DNA of 56,739 nucleotides, counting the filler, from Ginglymostoma cirratum (lineage: Eukaryota): the NCBI GenBank assembly GCA_024137785.1. It is 3 parts of 3 records of this genome, joined end to end, with 100 filler letters (N's around TTAATTAATTAA, not from the genome) between each part and the next. Parts side by side here need not be neighbours in the genome. Positions count along the whole stretch, not along the records: positions 22,018 to 48,902 come from JAHRHZ010000046.1; 2 more parts are not named here. The stretch is one strand, 5' to 3'. Within the stretch, counting starts at the first letter, position 1. Each line of letters starts with the position of its first letter. The translations under genes were made by a program, and so were the position numbers. The notes beneath the pieces were generated by a model. It was given only the letters and a program-made list of their open reading frames with translations. It did no database searches and was not told where the DNA came from. Shown here one piece after another: positions 24,912-36,706 of the stretch.

Positions 24912-26296
24912 AATTTTTCTCTTGCACTTGTCAGAACAATTCACAAGAATACCAATCCCAGAGGAAAACCAATTGCATGAGGAGAGTGCTGATTGGTTGG
25001 CAAGTAGACTCTGATTAGTCGAGGCATTACCAAGGAGAACACACGTTTTTGTAGGAAATACTCAAATAAAAATATACACAGAGCGCATAAACAGTATGAA
25101 AACACACACTAGGTACAGAAGATGCATATATATGCAATACTCAAATGCAGATAGAGCAATGCAAATAGCACATAGTGTATACAGAAAAGACAAGACGTTT
25201 ACATACATCATTTCACCAAGCATAAAGGCATGAATACATCAATGTATAAATATGACACACAGCTGCCCAACTTCAATATGGACCAAGTGAAATAAACTGA
25301 AAGAATGATGGTGAAGAAATTTTTCAAATATTTTTATTTGTTCATGCGATTTGGGTGTTGCTAGCTAGGTCAGCAGTTATTGCCCATCCCTAATTGTCCA
25401 AGGTGGTGTCGAGCAGCCTTATTGAACTGCTGCAGTCCTTGTGGTGTACGTACACATATAAAGCTGAGTTCCAGGATTTTGACTTTGTGTCAGTGAAGGA
25501 ACAGTGATAGAGTTCCAAGCCAGGATAGTGGAGGGAAACTCGGGTTTGGTGACCCCATGCATTTCCTGCCCTTGTCATTCTAGGTGGCAGAAATCACAAG
25601 TTTGGAAGGTGCTATTGGAAAGGTCTTGGTGCGCTGCTGCGGCGCATCTTGTGCAAAGACAACTTCTTTTTATTTTTCATTATTTTTGATTGTGTACCAA
25701 AAAAGGGAAAGGATTGTTTTAGACCAAGTATTATAGTCTCTGGGCTATAAGGGGCAATTGCTTCCCATATGCTTGTTTTAGACTTTGCAGCAGTTTGAAA
25801 CAGCTGAATAGCTTGCTAGGGTATTTCAGAAAGCATTTATGAATCACGAGTAGGACAAAATAGATAAAAATGATTGATTTCCTTCCCTAATAAGCCACAA
25901 TTATTTTTACAACAATTGGCAATGGTTTCATGGTTGCCACTGGAATAGTTTTTTTAATATCAGATTTATTAAAACTAAATTCAAATTTCATTTGTCGTGG
26001 TGGATTCCAAACCCGTGTCCCTAAAGCAATAGCCTAGACCTCTAGGTAGCTAGTGCAGTGACACTACCACTATGCCACCACCTCCTTAAGACTTTTTCTG
26101 CACTTTTTAACAGTTAAAAATATGCATGTTTCAAAAAACATTTGGTACTCTAAAAAGCAAATCTTCTCTGTTTCATCTCAATGATGTATGTCAGTAGCAA
26201 AACCTTTGCCTTATTTATTTCAAATTCCAGTTGAAATTAGTTTCAACTAGTTTAAACAAGATAAACAATGATCCATGTCAATATTTCCTGCGTGTC

Positions 26297-26422
26297 CTAT
26301 TCACCAGAATTTAAGTAAAGCACTGAACTGTAGACAATCTTCTCTTCCTTTTTCCTTTCTTTCTGCTGCAAGTTTTCCAATTGCAGCTCTGCATAATATA
26401 TATTATTCCCGCTGTTCTCATC
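26297..26422 (-). CDS. VJ-C1 receptor exon 6: cytoplasmic with two ITIM-type motifs
   Basis: DENSGNNIYYAELQLENLQQKERKKEEKIVYSSVLYLNSGE*. Confidence 0.82.
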   Translation of the reverse strand, partial: DENSGNNIYYAELQLENLQQKERKKEEKIVYSSVLYLNSGE

Positions 26423-29400
26423 CTGAAAAATGGGAAAGACATACAAACGCATTTATATTTTCTGTTCTCAATTTCTTGGATGCCCATCCCTTACACTAAC
26501 TGCAGGCTTTGAAAACCTGGGCTTGTTATTCTTTTTATCTCACTTTATCTCTTACTTTTTCTACATTGCTATACTTGTCACTATTGGGGTTTTACCTTCA
26601 CCTGAATTTCTCAGTAAATAAAAAAGTTTGTAGTGAGAGAGTTCTCCAACTGAGCCAAGTAGACAGAGGTGCAACTTCAATTTGTTCATTTTTAAAAATA
26701 TTTTGACGCATTAACAACCACTTCAGTGAGCAAATGGCTTATGTCATGGCAACTGTGACATTCAAAATTAGTACCGTCAAACCAATTGGAGTTGGGTCTT
26801 ATATAACTTCAGCTCCCATTCCCCAGTAATTGCAAAGATCTATAACTAGAAATGTTTGAATTCTTCTTATCTACATTATTCTTACATGTCTTTATTGTAT
26901 CCTTTCAGTGTCAGCTCCTGTTGGCAAACCCCTGGCGTCAGTTCCTTCTGGTCATCTGCTGAAAACTATTCCTATGTTTTCCTGGCTAGGCTCCGATCCT
27001 CCGCCCTCCATAAACTTTAATTTGTCAAAAACTTGGCTATCTACCATTGGCTTAGGGCAGCACGGTGGTTCAGTGGTTAGTACTGCTGCCTCAAAGTGCT
27101 AGGGACCCGGGCTCAACTCCAACCTTGGGTGGCTATCTGTGTGGAGTTTGCACATTCTCCCCGTGTCTGCATAGGTTTCCTCTAGGTATTCCAGTTTCCT
27201 CCCACAGTTGAAAGATGTGCAAATTAGGTGGATTGGCAATGCTAAATTGCCCATAGTGCCCAGGGATAGAGTCATAGAAACGTACAGCATGGAAACAGGC
27301 CCTTTGGTCCAACTCATACATGCCAACCAGAAATCCTAAATTAATCAAGTCCCACTGGCCCATATCCCTGTGAACCCTTCCTATTCATATACTCATCCAG
27401 ATGCCTTTTAAATGTTGTAATTGTACCAGCCTCCACCACTTCCTCTGGCAGCACATTCTGTACACCCACCACCCTCTATGTGTAAAAATTGTCCCTTAGG
27501 TCCCTGTTCAATCTTTCCCCTCTCACCCTAAACCTATGCCCTCTAGTTTTGGGTACCCCCACCCCAGGGAAAAGACCTTGTCTATTTACCCTAACCATGC
27601 CCTTCATGATTTTATAAACCTCTATAAGGTCACCCCTCAGCCTTCGAAGCTCCAGGGAAATTAGCCCCAGCCTATTCAGCCTCTCCCTGTAGCTCAAACC
27701 CTCCAACCCTGGCAACATCCTTGTAAATCTTTTCTGAACCCTTTCAAGTTTCATAAAATCCTTCCTGTAGCAGGGAGACCAGAATTGCATGCAATACTCC
27801 AACAGTGGCCCAACCAATGTCCTATACTGCCACAACATGACCTTCCAACTCCTATACTCAATGCACTGATCAAGAGAGGCAAGCATACCAAATGTCTTCT
27901 TCACTATCTTGTCCACCTATGACTCCACTTTCAAGGGAATATGAATCTGTACAAAGATCTCTTTGTTTACTAATACTCCCCAGTATCTTACCATTAAGTA
28001 CATAAGTCCTGCCCTGATTTGCCTTTCCAAAATGCCACACCTCACATTAATCTAAATTAAACTCTATTTGCCACTCCTCGGGCCATTGGTCCATCTGATC
28101 AAGATCCCAAATATTCTAAAGTAACCTTCTTTGCTGTCCACTATACCTCCAACTTACCAACCATACCTCCTATATTCACATACATTGTGCAGGCTAGGTG
28201 GGTTAGCCATGGGAAATGCAGGGTTCAGAGATAGGGTAGGGTGTGGGTCTAGGTGGGACACTCTTCATAGGGTTGGTATAGACTAAATGGGCCAAATGGC
28301 CTGTTTCCACACTGTAGAGAGTCTATGATTCTATGCCTTCTCTTGCCAAGTCTGTCTGCTTTATCTGGCCTGGTAGATATGAACAACACTTTGTCAAATA
28401 TGTTTAATTGGTGATTGCTGAAAAATCCTGAATAGGTCCTGGCTTTGAACTAGTAACAGAAGTGAGATCCCTAAATTATGTGGCCACATTGTAAAAAGTA
28501 AGTTTACATTTACGATGCTATCTTGTCTACAATGCAATCTTCGATTACTTGCACAATTTCCATTTTGTTCTTGAGTTCTTTTTCTTCCTGTATAAAATAA
28601 AAATTATGACAAAGAAGAATATAATTAAATATTTTTAGATGCATTGATGTTTAATGATATATTTATTAACTTATTTTAATTGCACATTTTTCTTAATTTG
28701 ATTTCTTCACGTGTAACAAAACAGAAGTGAGAACCATAACCAATATTAAGGCAGAAATGGCTCAGGACACTTTCTCTTTCAAGCATATCCTAAAATGTGA
28801 CGGGCAAAAACCAAAGGGAAAACCGTAAATAAAGCATTTACAAATGTGCATGAAGAAAATCATATATTTGCTTAATATAATTAATTAAAGCTGGGTACAA
28901 ATTGTGAGAGCAAAAGTTAATGTTAGCAAAAAGGAACCGAAAACAAATATTTGTGATTTATTAATCTCATTCATAACAGAATGATTTAAACACAAATGAG
29001 AAGTGTCTTTTGAATTATCAGTTGAGGACCATTGGTAGTCCAATCAACCAATTAACTTTGAAACACTGAACATTTAATTGTGACATCTGAAAATCTGATT
29101 TGAACTAAACACCATTACTGAGTTGTAATAATGAAGCATTTCATTCAGAAAGTGGAGGGGCAAACTCAAGTGTTATTGTAGAGGGAGCATGTGGTGTCCA
29201 CCAAGGCTCTTGATGCCTTTAGGAAAAGATGGGTACCACACAGGATAAAGAGCTTTACTTCCCCCTCCAACTCCATTTTGATTTAGAGATAGTAGGAACT
29301 GCAGATGCTGGAGAATCTGAGATAACAAGGTGTAGAGCTGGATGAATACAGCAGGCCAAGCAGCATCAGAGGAGATGGACCCATCTCTGAAGAAGGGTCT

Positions 29401-32400
29401 AGGCCCGAAACGTCAGCCTTCCTGCTCCTCTGTTGCTGCTTGGCCTGCTGTGTTCATCCAGCTCTACACCTTGTTATCTCCATTTTGATTTAGTCCCCTT
29501 CTCTCCCTAACACCACCCCCTTCACGTTTTAATGTCAGCATTGCCTTCAACAGGCTTTGCTTGTTAATATTCAACTGGCCACATGGGTGTTTTCCTGGTG
29601 GAAAAAATAGATAATAAAGTATGTATACACAATGGTGTCTTCTTACTATGTCACTGGGAAAAAGAACTATACACAGCCACAGATAAATTAGGGTAAAATA
29701 TAAACATTAGTGCTAGGCACTATTGGGTGCAGTGGTAGTGTGGGTTTTTTTTTAAAAAACAAGAAAGAAATAATTGAGAAAGGAAAAGAAGGTGGATGGG
29801 TAGGTCTTGCAGTGCAGGGGTAGTGTCACTGGGACCCAGGTTCAAGTCCTACTTGCTCCAGAGGTGTGTAATAACATCTCTGAACAGGTTGATTAGTAAA
29901 CTAAATTAATTTTTAAAAAATTGAGGGTGGGGTCAGTCTTGTGGCACAAAGGTAGCGTCCCTCCGTCTTGGGCAGAAGGTACAGATTTAATTCCTATCTG
30001 CCCCAAAGGTGCATCTTAATGTTGAAACAGTTCAGTTAAAATGTTTAAAGAAAACACAGTTAATGCCCCTCTAGGTCAGCAGATTGTTATTATCAATGAA
30101 TGGAAAACTGAAATTAACAAAAAAGTGACTTAGTAAAAAAGTTGACTTTTGGGTCCTGTTTCACTGGTTTACTTACTGACCAGCCAGAAAGTCCCTCATT
30201 ACACAAGCAACTGGATCATTGAAACAGGTAGATTGTACAACTGCACTGCGTCCTGAACCTCCCTCACAATCTGAGCTGCCTCTTAAGTACATTTTGCATG
30301 CCTTTCCACTTTGTGAAGATGCATGTTTTTGATAACTGTTAGTATTATTTAAATATTGTTACAATGGTCATGATAACCAAGCTTAAAGGATTTTTTAAAA
30401 AAAACAAAATAGTGTGCTGCTTATGAACACATTGTAATTTGGTTTTGTTGCCTCCAGGCCCAAAGTAGAATCACAGCTGAGAGCTTAATGCTCATGACAA
30501 GATATTATAAAATTATATCATTTTAAACCTTGATGCATTGGTGCTTAGCACAACTGGCACAGACTCTCTTTATATCATGGGAAATTAACATGATATATAT
30601 GTATTCCTTTCACATCAAGTATAAATCATAACTAGAATTGAAGTCAGTGTTTTCTTTTTAACTATTTAGAGTTAAACATTGAGAGGAATGTCAGATGATG
30701 ACAATGGCTGTCGTTGTACGTTAGCTATTATTGATCAAAAAGAAAGTAACTCATTAGCAGTTTTTTTTTGACTGGGGATGTTAATTTTATCTCCTGATCG
30801 TTCTCTGATAAATATTTAAAATGGAATATAACATAAAGATCTTTAAAAAGTATACTAGGTAGCTACATTTCTAAATAAGTGACTAATGAATGAACTTTGC
30901 ACCCAAGCAATGAGACCTCATTTATGAGTGTATTTAGAGACAGCGCTTGGCTTCAGAAAGGTGGAATCTAAACCAGATTCAAATATAAGCTTAATTTATG
31001 AAGACAGTTTATAGAAAATCTGTTCTTTCAGAAGAAAGGCAATTGAGGAACAGGCACAATCCAGGACTTTGAACAAGTAAAAGGAATGCATAAGGTAATT
31101 GTAGACAGATATTTTGTACGAAAAAGAGAGGTACACCTAGCCAGGGAAATGTAAAACTTCAAGCATTTTATTGATAATTAAGATAATATTTTATATCACC
31201 AGTTAAATGATTGAATTAACATAAGACTAATGGGATGTTGGTCGATAGCTGGTTCTAGAGGAAGGAGGTGTAAGAATTGTGGTTGCATTATCAGAGTTTG
31301 ATAACAGATTACATTCCTCATGGAATAAACTATATTGTTTGCTGGACAGCTGCTTACCATGTATGTATTTTATGAGAAAAAGCACAAGAAGAATACTACA
31401 GGCTATTCCACCACAAACGGAAAGTAAAATGAATGACAGCATCCAAAGATGTCCATTATGATCTGCAAAATATGGATTGTAGACTCACAATGTGCATGAA
31501 TTATGCAGACAACCTGCTAAAACTCAAATTGAATACATTTAGATCAAAAAAAGAACTGTAGATGCTGTAAGTCTGAAACAAACAAGACACAAACTGCTGG
31601 GGAAACTCAGCAGGTCTAGCAGCTTCCATGGAGAGAAAACAGAGTTAACATTTTGAGTCCAGAGACCCTTCTTCAGAAATGAGTCTGTCTGAAAACAGGA
31701 GGGGGTTGGTTGGATCAGTTGACTGGACAGCTGATTTGGGATGCAGAGTAACACCAGCAGCATTGGTTCCATTCCTGGTCCAGTCAGGATTTTAATGAAG
31801 GACTCTCCTCCTCAACCTCTCACCTTGCTTGAGGTATGGTGACCCTCAGGGTAAACCACCATCAATTATCTCCCTCTCTCTTATGAGAGAACAGCCCTAT
31901 GATCTAGTAGCATTATGGCAACTTTACCTTTACCTTATAGGTGTATATATGATGAAGAAAGGCAGAGGCTTTTCAGCCCCAACACTGATTCCTTTGGCAC
32001 TGCACTAGTTACAAGTTCCCCTCTTAAAACCATTCCTTTATTCTGTCTTCCAATAGTTAGCCAATTCTCTATCCTTGGCAATATTCTAGCCCCAACACTA
32101 TGCATCATCTAATTCACCCACCGCAAATGAAGCAGTATTTCCACTACATATTGGAAGAAAAATGTTGCAGATACATATTCTGAAGAGTTTGATAATGTTA
32201 CATCTTACCTTCACCTCTTGGGTGTACATGAATGAGGATGGTACGGTTTATATTGAATTGTGAAGCAGGATGCTGAATCATACAAGTGAATTCACTTGAG
32301 TTATTGCAGTTTTCAGTGGAGATGTTAACAATGGCCATGTGATTGTACGTTCCATCAGGGTTAGATGTCTGGATTTCGTTGGTGTGCTGGTTGATGAGAC

Positions 32401-35400
32401 AGGTTGTTTGGAACATCATTGTAATAGTGTTTGGATAAAAATTGTGTGCTGAACAGTTGATTGTAGCTGAAGGTGAAGATGTTTCTTTAGAAGATGCAAA
32501 TAGCCAAAGAGACGGGGGAGCTAGTTATGAAAAGGAGGGCGGAGGATTGGTTAATAATAGAATCTGATTAATGTCAGCTCAATGCGCAACTGAACCATCC
32601 AGACTTCAAAGCTATTAAACAATCCGATATGATCTTGAACAGATATCTAAACACAAAGAAAGAACGTTTTTAGTAATAAAATCACTTTTTAAATATTCCA
32701 TTTTCACTCAATCTCAATTTTAACTTTCACCAACCTGGTAATTGCACTTTAACTTTTTACATGAAATCTTTTCCTTCTTCCTGATTTTACCTTCCTCTGG
32801 GTCCATCAACTTCATTCTCACCATCGCACCCCTATCCCATTTACTTTGCTGTTTTAGATCTGTTAGACCTGCCATTATCTGTTAATATTTTCAGACGTTT
32901 TTCAGCCTGAATCCCATTCTAGCATCGGATGCGATTTGTTCAACCGCTCTCATTTCCATCACGCTCTCTTGCCTCTGCCCCATGTACTCTATGTTGCCCC
33001 TACACTCACTGCCGGCGCCTTGCTGTTTTATTTTCTCCCACTTCTTATCAGTATTTTAAAGTACGTTCCTTCATCCTATTACCAGAATTGAATAAGCAAG
33101 GGATGCACCACTCACGAGCACACTAAAACTATCACCACCACCAAACGAATCATGTCAGCTTGCACTGGATTCCCAACAAGTTTGACGTAAGTGGATTCTT
33201 ACCGGTCGTGTACGCACGGTTTCGGGACCAGGGGAGAAATTGAAGATTCTCACGAAAGGGCGGGGAGAAATTGAAGATTCTCACGAAAGGGCGGCTCCCC
33301 AATTCGCGTCGGGTTAATCCTGCAAGAAGCGGAGTCAAATGGATGACTCGCCCGGCATCGACTGGTACGTCAGTAAATGCCTATTTGAAGTCAAGTTGCT
33401 GATGCTACCGGGGTCGTTCAGGGGCGCTTCTCCTACTCCCCTTTTTACTATTAGAGTGGCATTTGTTTGAACTTGGAAGAATACTTGGTTAATACTCATC
33501 TTAATTCAGCAAAGAATTACTACACGTTAAGAACGTGACAGGCACAATGTGCACAGTACCCTGCAGATATTTTCTTTTCGTGGATAATTATGAAATCTAA
33601 CGAATCATCTTGATAAAATAGACCACTTAGGAATGCTTGACCTGCTATGTTCATCCAGCCCCATGCTTGTTATCTCGGATTCTCCAGCATCTGCAGTACC
33701 TTTTATCTCTGATACACTTAGGAAAATTGTTGCTGTTTTCCCCTTTTAATGTTCTGCAGAAAGAAATTAGCTTATTTCAAGGATATACCAAACTGACTGA
33801 AAAAATCAAACAAAAGTCTGCAGGTGCAGAGTTACACTTGAAACGTTAACTTGTCACTTCTTCGACAGATGTGGTCCCTGATCTGCTTCGTCTTTCCAGT
33901 GTTTTCTCAAAAGTTGGCAGGCTTCACTAATAAATCAAGGAAATGGCCTTTAATTATTGTAAATACAATGGGTACGGTGTGCTCAGAGGAATTACGAGCA
34001 AAGAATCAAAAACTCGTCAAAAGGAAGTGTTTTAAAATATATTAGTTATTTCTTTTAAAGAGAGGATTGAGGTGAAACCTAAGACAGAATCGTCAACTCA
34101 TATATAATTATCAAATAAAAATAGCAGGGGCATTTCATAAATATTTCATGTTTGTCTTTACCAAACTGAGACCAAAGTGAATGTTACTCAGATGTGCAGT
34201 TGAGGTGAATTAGCCATTCTACATTCCTCGTGGTGTCCGGGGATGTGTAGGTTAGGTGGAGTAGCCAAGGGAAATGCAGAGTTACAGGGATGGAGTGGAC
34301 CTGGATGGGATGCTGTTCGAAGGGTCGGTGTGGACTTGATTAGCCGAATAGCCTGCTTCCACACTGTAGGGACTTTATGATTCTATGACGGCTTATTAGA
34401 GTAACCAAATTTATTTCACTAGTCCGAGTTGAGGAATAGAGAACTTCTAAGCCTTTAAGAAGAGATCTTTGCTCCAATTACTCCAATGTCTTGTGCATGG
34501 AAGGAAAATTATGTATTTTGATTAGTAATAGGATAATTTGTTAGTACTATCTCAGAATTTTTCTCATTACTTTATTTGCATTAATTCTGTTAAAGTTAAC
34601 TCATTGGGAAAAGTGTGATCTCTTTTAGGGTGGAATAAGTGGAAATTTAATCTATATGTTATGATTTGTGGCTGATACCTGTCCGTATCACAGCATTGTG
34701 ATTCCAAAATTTGGTCAATAATTGCCTCCCCTCCCCGTTCGGTGACAAACTAGTACATTAATGCGACGAAAATGTACAATCGTTTTCTCGTTTCCATCGT
34801 TGATGTGACTGTTGCGTTGCTGTTTATTTTTGTTAGTTTCTTTCTTGACTCCTTTTCCTATTGTTATTTTCCCTCCATCGTTTCTGAAAATACTTGACCG
34901 TTTGCTGAAGTACAGCACCTGAGGTTCCCTCCAGCATCGCTCCTGTGAATATTCTTTATGCTCGACCTTGGAAACTGAAAGTCACAGGTTTGTTCTGCCA
35001 CGGAGACCACGATCCTTCTGCCTTCTATCAGTGTTATTAATGTAGATTTCTATCTGGAATTCTTACAATGCATTAAGGGTGAGAACCTTCCAAACCCTGG
35101 AATCAAATGTAGCAATTCTACCATCATGCTGGCTAAAATTAGCTAACTCCATAGACTGGCGATCAAACTTGAAGCGTCTCATCTTTATGACATATTCATT
35201 GCTGCTAAAGTTTTCACCAATATCCCAAGGCATGTTAAGGATAAAATTATAGCATCGTTACCTGTTACACTCAGCATTGTTCCTTTGCCAATTCTTTTAC
35301 CGCTTGGTGGAGGCGCGACCTGAAACATCTCACAGTAGTATTGTCCAGTGTCATTGACTTGAACCTCAGTAATTGTTAAAGTGAATGCTTTCTCAACTAA

Positions 35401-36706
35401 GTCATGCTTTGCATAATATCGATAATGAGTCACTTGGGGTACACTGGTCGATAGGTTCGCAATGATCTTTGGAGGTGCTTGGTCAATATTACGGAAAACC
35501 CACCATGCTTCGAATCTTCGTAGATCAGGTACTGAGTGGAAACAATTTAAAGAGATCAGGCCTCCCTTTTCGACCAAAAGATGACCAGGCTGTTGTAAAT
35601 CTCGCTGTCCATCTTGACAAAAGTTAAATTTGTGCATTGTTAGCAATGGATGTGAATATATGAAACGCCTGAGCTAAAGTCATAGGAAAGGTTAACTCAA
35701 TTAATTCCTTCGTTCAAATAGAAGAAAAAACGTTTTTTTTTCTGTATTCACAGTAATGTGCCGTATGTTTCTTATACAAAATATTTCATATATTTTCACC
35801 TTGTTCGGCTATAATTTTGAAGATGCTCCGACAGGTGTTCAACCAAAAATGGAGAAATTTAGTACATTGTGTTAAGAGGTCATTAAAGTACAGAGATGGT
35901 CACAAATTTCCCGATTGCGTATTAATGTAAGAACATCACTGGTAATGAAAGTGTAAGCGGCGTGCGTCAATAAGCAGATCTGCTTACAAAATAAACTATA
36001 GTTAGCAACATAATATAGAATGAAAGGTATTATTGTCTGTAACTATCTTGCTAACTGAGCATATTATGCCATTTTAGTTACACAAAACAATACTGTATGA
36101 AAAGTGAATTGAGGAACATCGACGTCTGGTTTACGAACGGCACATGGACAAGTGATTTAAGCGTTAGTGGATCAAATGTTTTGTTTTGCGTTAATCGCCA
36201 AATTTTTGACGGGTACAACGCTAATTTTGGAAAGTTTAAATACGTTTTCCACAGATTTTAGTTACTGTTATTAGCACAAAGGCAGTTTGGTATGCTGCGC
36301 AATTAAATCAAACATTGGCAATTAAAACCGCGTGGTAGTTCATTTAAATATCAGTAAAAACAGAAGTCAGATATATGTAAATATATTAAATGCTGCTGAT
36401 GTAGGCGATTTTGAAATGCTATTTTAGATTGAAAAACAGTGATAACTAAAACCTCAGCTGAGAAATAAATCATATCTAACTTATATCCATGTCATGTACA
36501 TTAGCCTAACTAAATTATAGACAATTGACTCAGATCATTACTGGCAATATTACCATTCGCTGTAAATGTCACACTTTTATAGTCATCTACAATCCTAACT
36601 TCAAATTTAACGCCTATCCAATTTCAACTAGCACTTCAGTTGAATAAGTACCTGTAAATGGTAATAGCAGTTGTAGGAAAATGTAGAAAATTATCATGTC
36701 GCACAT
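26297..36706 (-). CDS. Non-rearranging VJ-C1-TM-ITIM immunoglobulin-superfamily receptor (6 coding exons, 340 aa; PRARP/VJC1-like architecture)
   Basis: Exons 36652-36706, 35262-35612, 32209-32520, 31358-31462, 28514-28587 and 26297-26422. All introns are GT-AG with compatible phases (1,1,1,1,0), totalling 1023 nt open to TAG. An AATAAA lies about 80 nt past the stop. Confidence 0.88.
27055..28335 (+). mobile_element. HE1-type V-SINE (27055-27265 and 28185-28335) interrupted by a CR1 fragment
   Basis: tRNA-like head GGCAGCACGGTGGTTCAGTGG, V-SINE core TGTGTGGAGTTTGCACATTCTCCCCGTGTCTGC, and a tail ending CTATGATTCTATG. Confidence 0.82.
27270..28160 (-). mobile_element. CR1 LINE 3' fragment
   Basis: ORF 27476-27916 encodes the CR1 ORF2 C-terminus (LEYCMQFWSP...RRLRGDLIEVYKI). 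Confidence 0.9.
28514..28587 (-). CDS. VJ-C1 receptor exon 5: cytoplasmic 1
   Basis: GRKRTQEQNGNCASNRRLHCRQDSI, with a strong polypyrimidine acceptor and a gtaaat donor. It bridges phase 1 to phase 0. Confidence 0.72.
29271..29493. mobile_element. Palindromic Penelope-derived insertion with hammerhead core (29387-29414, +) and 16-bp flanking direct repeat
   Basis: CTCCATTTTGATTTAG at 29271-29286 and 29478-29493. Core is CTGAAGAAGGGTCTAGGCCCGAAACGTC. Confidence 0.83.
31358..31462 (-). CDS. VJ-C1 receptor exon 4: transmembrane
   Basis: DHNGHLWMLSFILLSVCGGIACSILLVLFLIKYIH, bounded by ttttgcag and gtaagc. Confidence 0.88.
32209..32520 (-). CDS. VJ-C1 receptor exon 3: C1-set domain
   Basis: APPSLWL...TINCSAHNFYPNTITM...NPDGTYNH...FTCMIQHPAS... 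Confidence 0.92.
33231..33292. repeat. Perfect 31-bp tandem duplication in a CpG-rich intronic patch
   Basis: GGGGAGAAATTGAAGATTCTCACGAAAGGGC occurs twice. Confidence 0.95.
34220..34390 (+). mobile_element. HE1-type SINE 3' fragment
   Basis: Matches 28185-28335. Confidence 0.7.
35262..35612 (-). CDS. VJ-C1 receptor exon 2: V-set domain with germline J motif
   Basis: ...ISLNC...AWW...FTLTITEVQVNDTGQYYCEMFQVAPPPSGKRIGKGTMLSVT. No RSS is present. Confidence 0.93.
36652..36706 (-). CDS. VJ-C1 receptor exon 1: signal peptide
   Basis: MCDMIIFYIFLQLLLPFT+G then gtactt. Confidence 0.8.

Noticed and set aside
30176-30270. Candidate extra cytoplasmic exon (DCEGGSGR...) in intron 4 of the receptor gene
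   Set aside because: The acceptor is weak and the phase-2 end is incompatible with the downstream exons.
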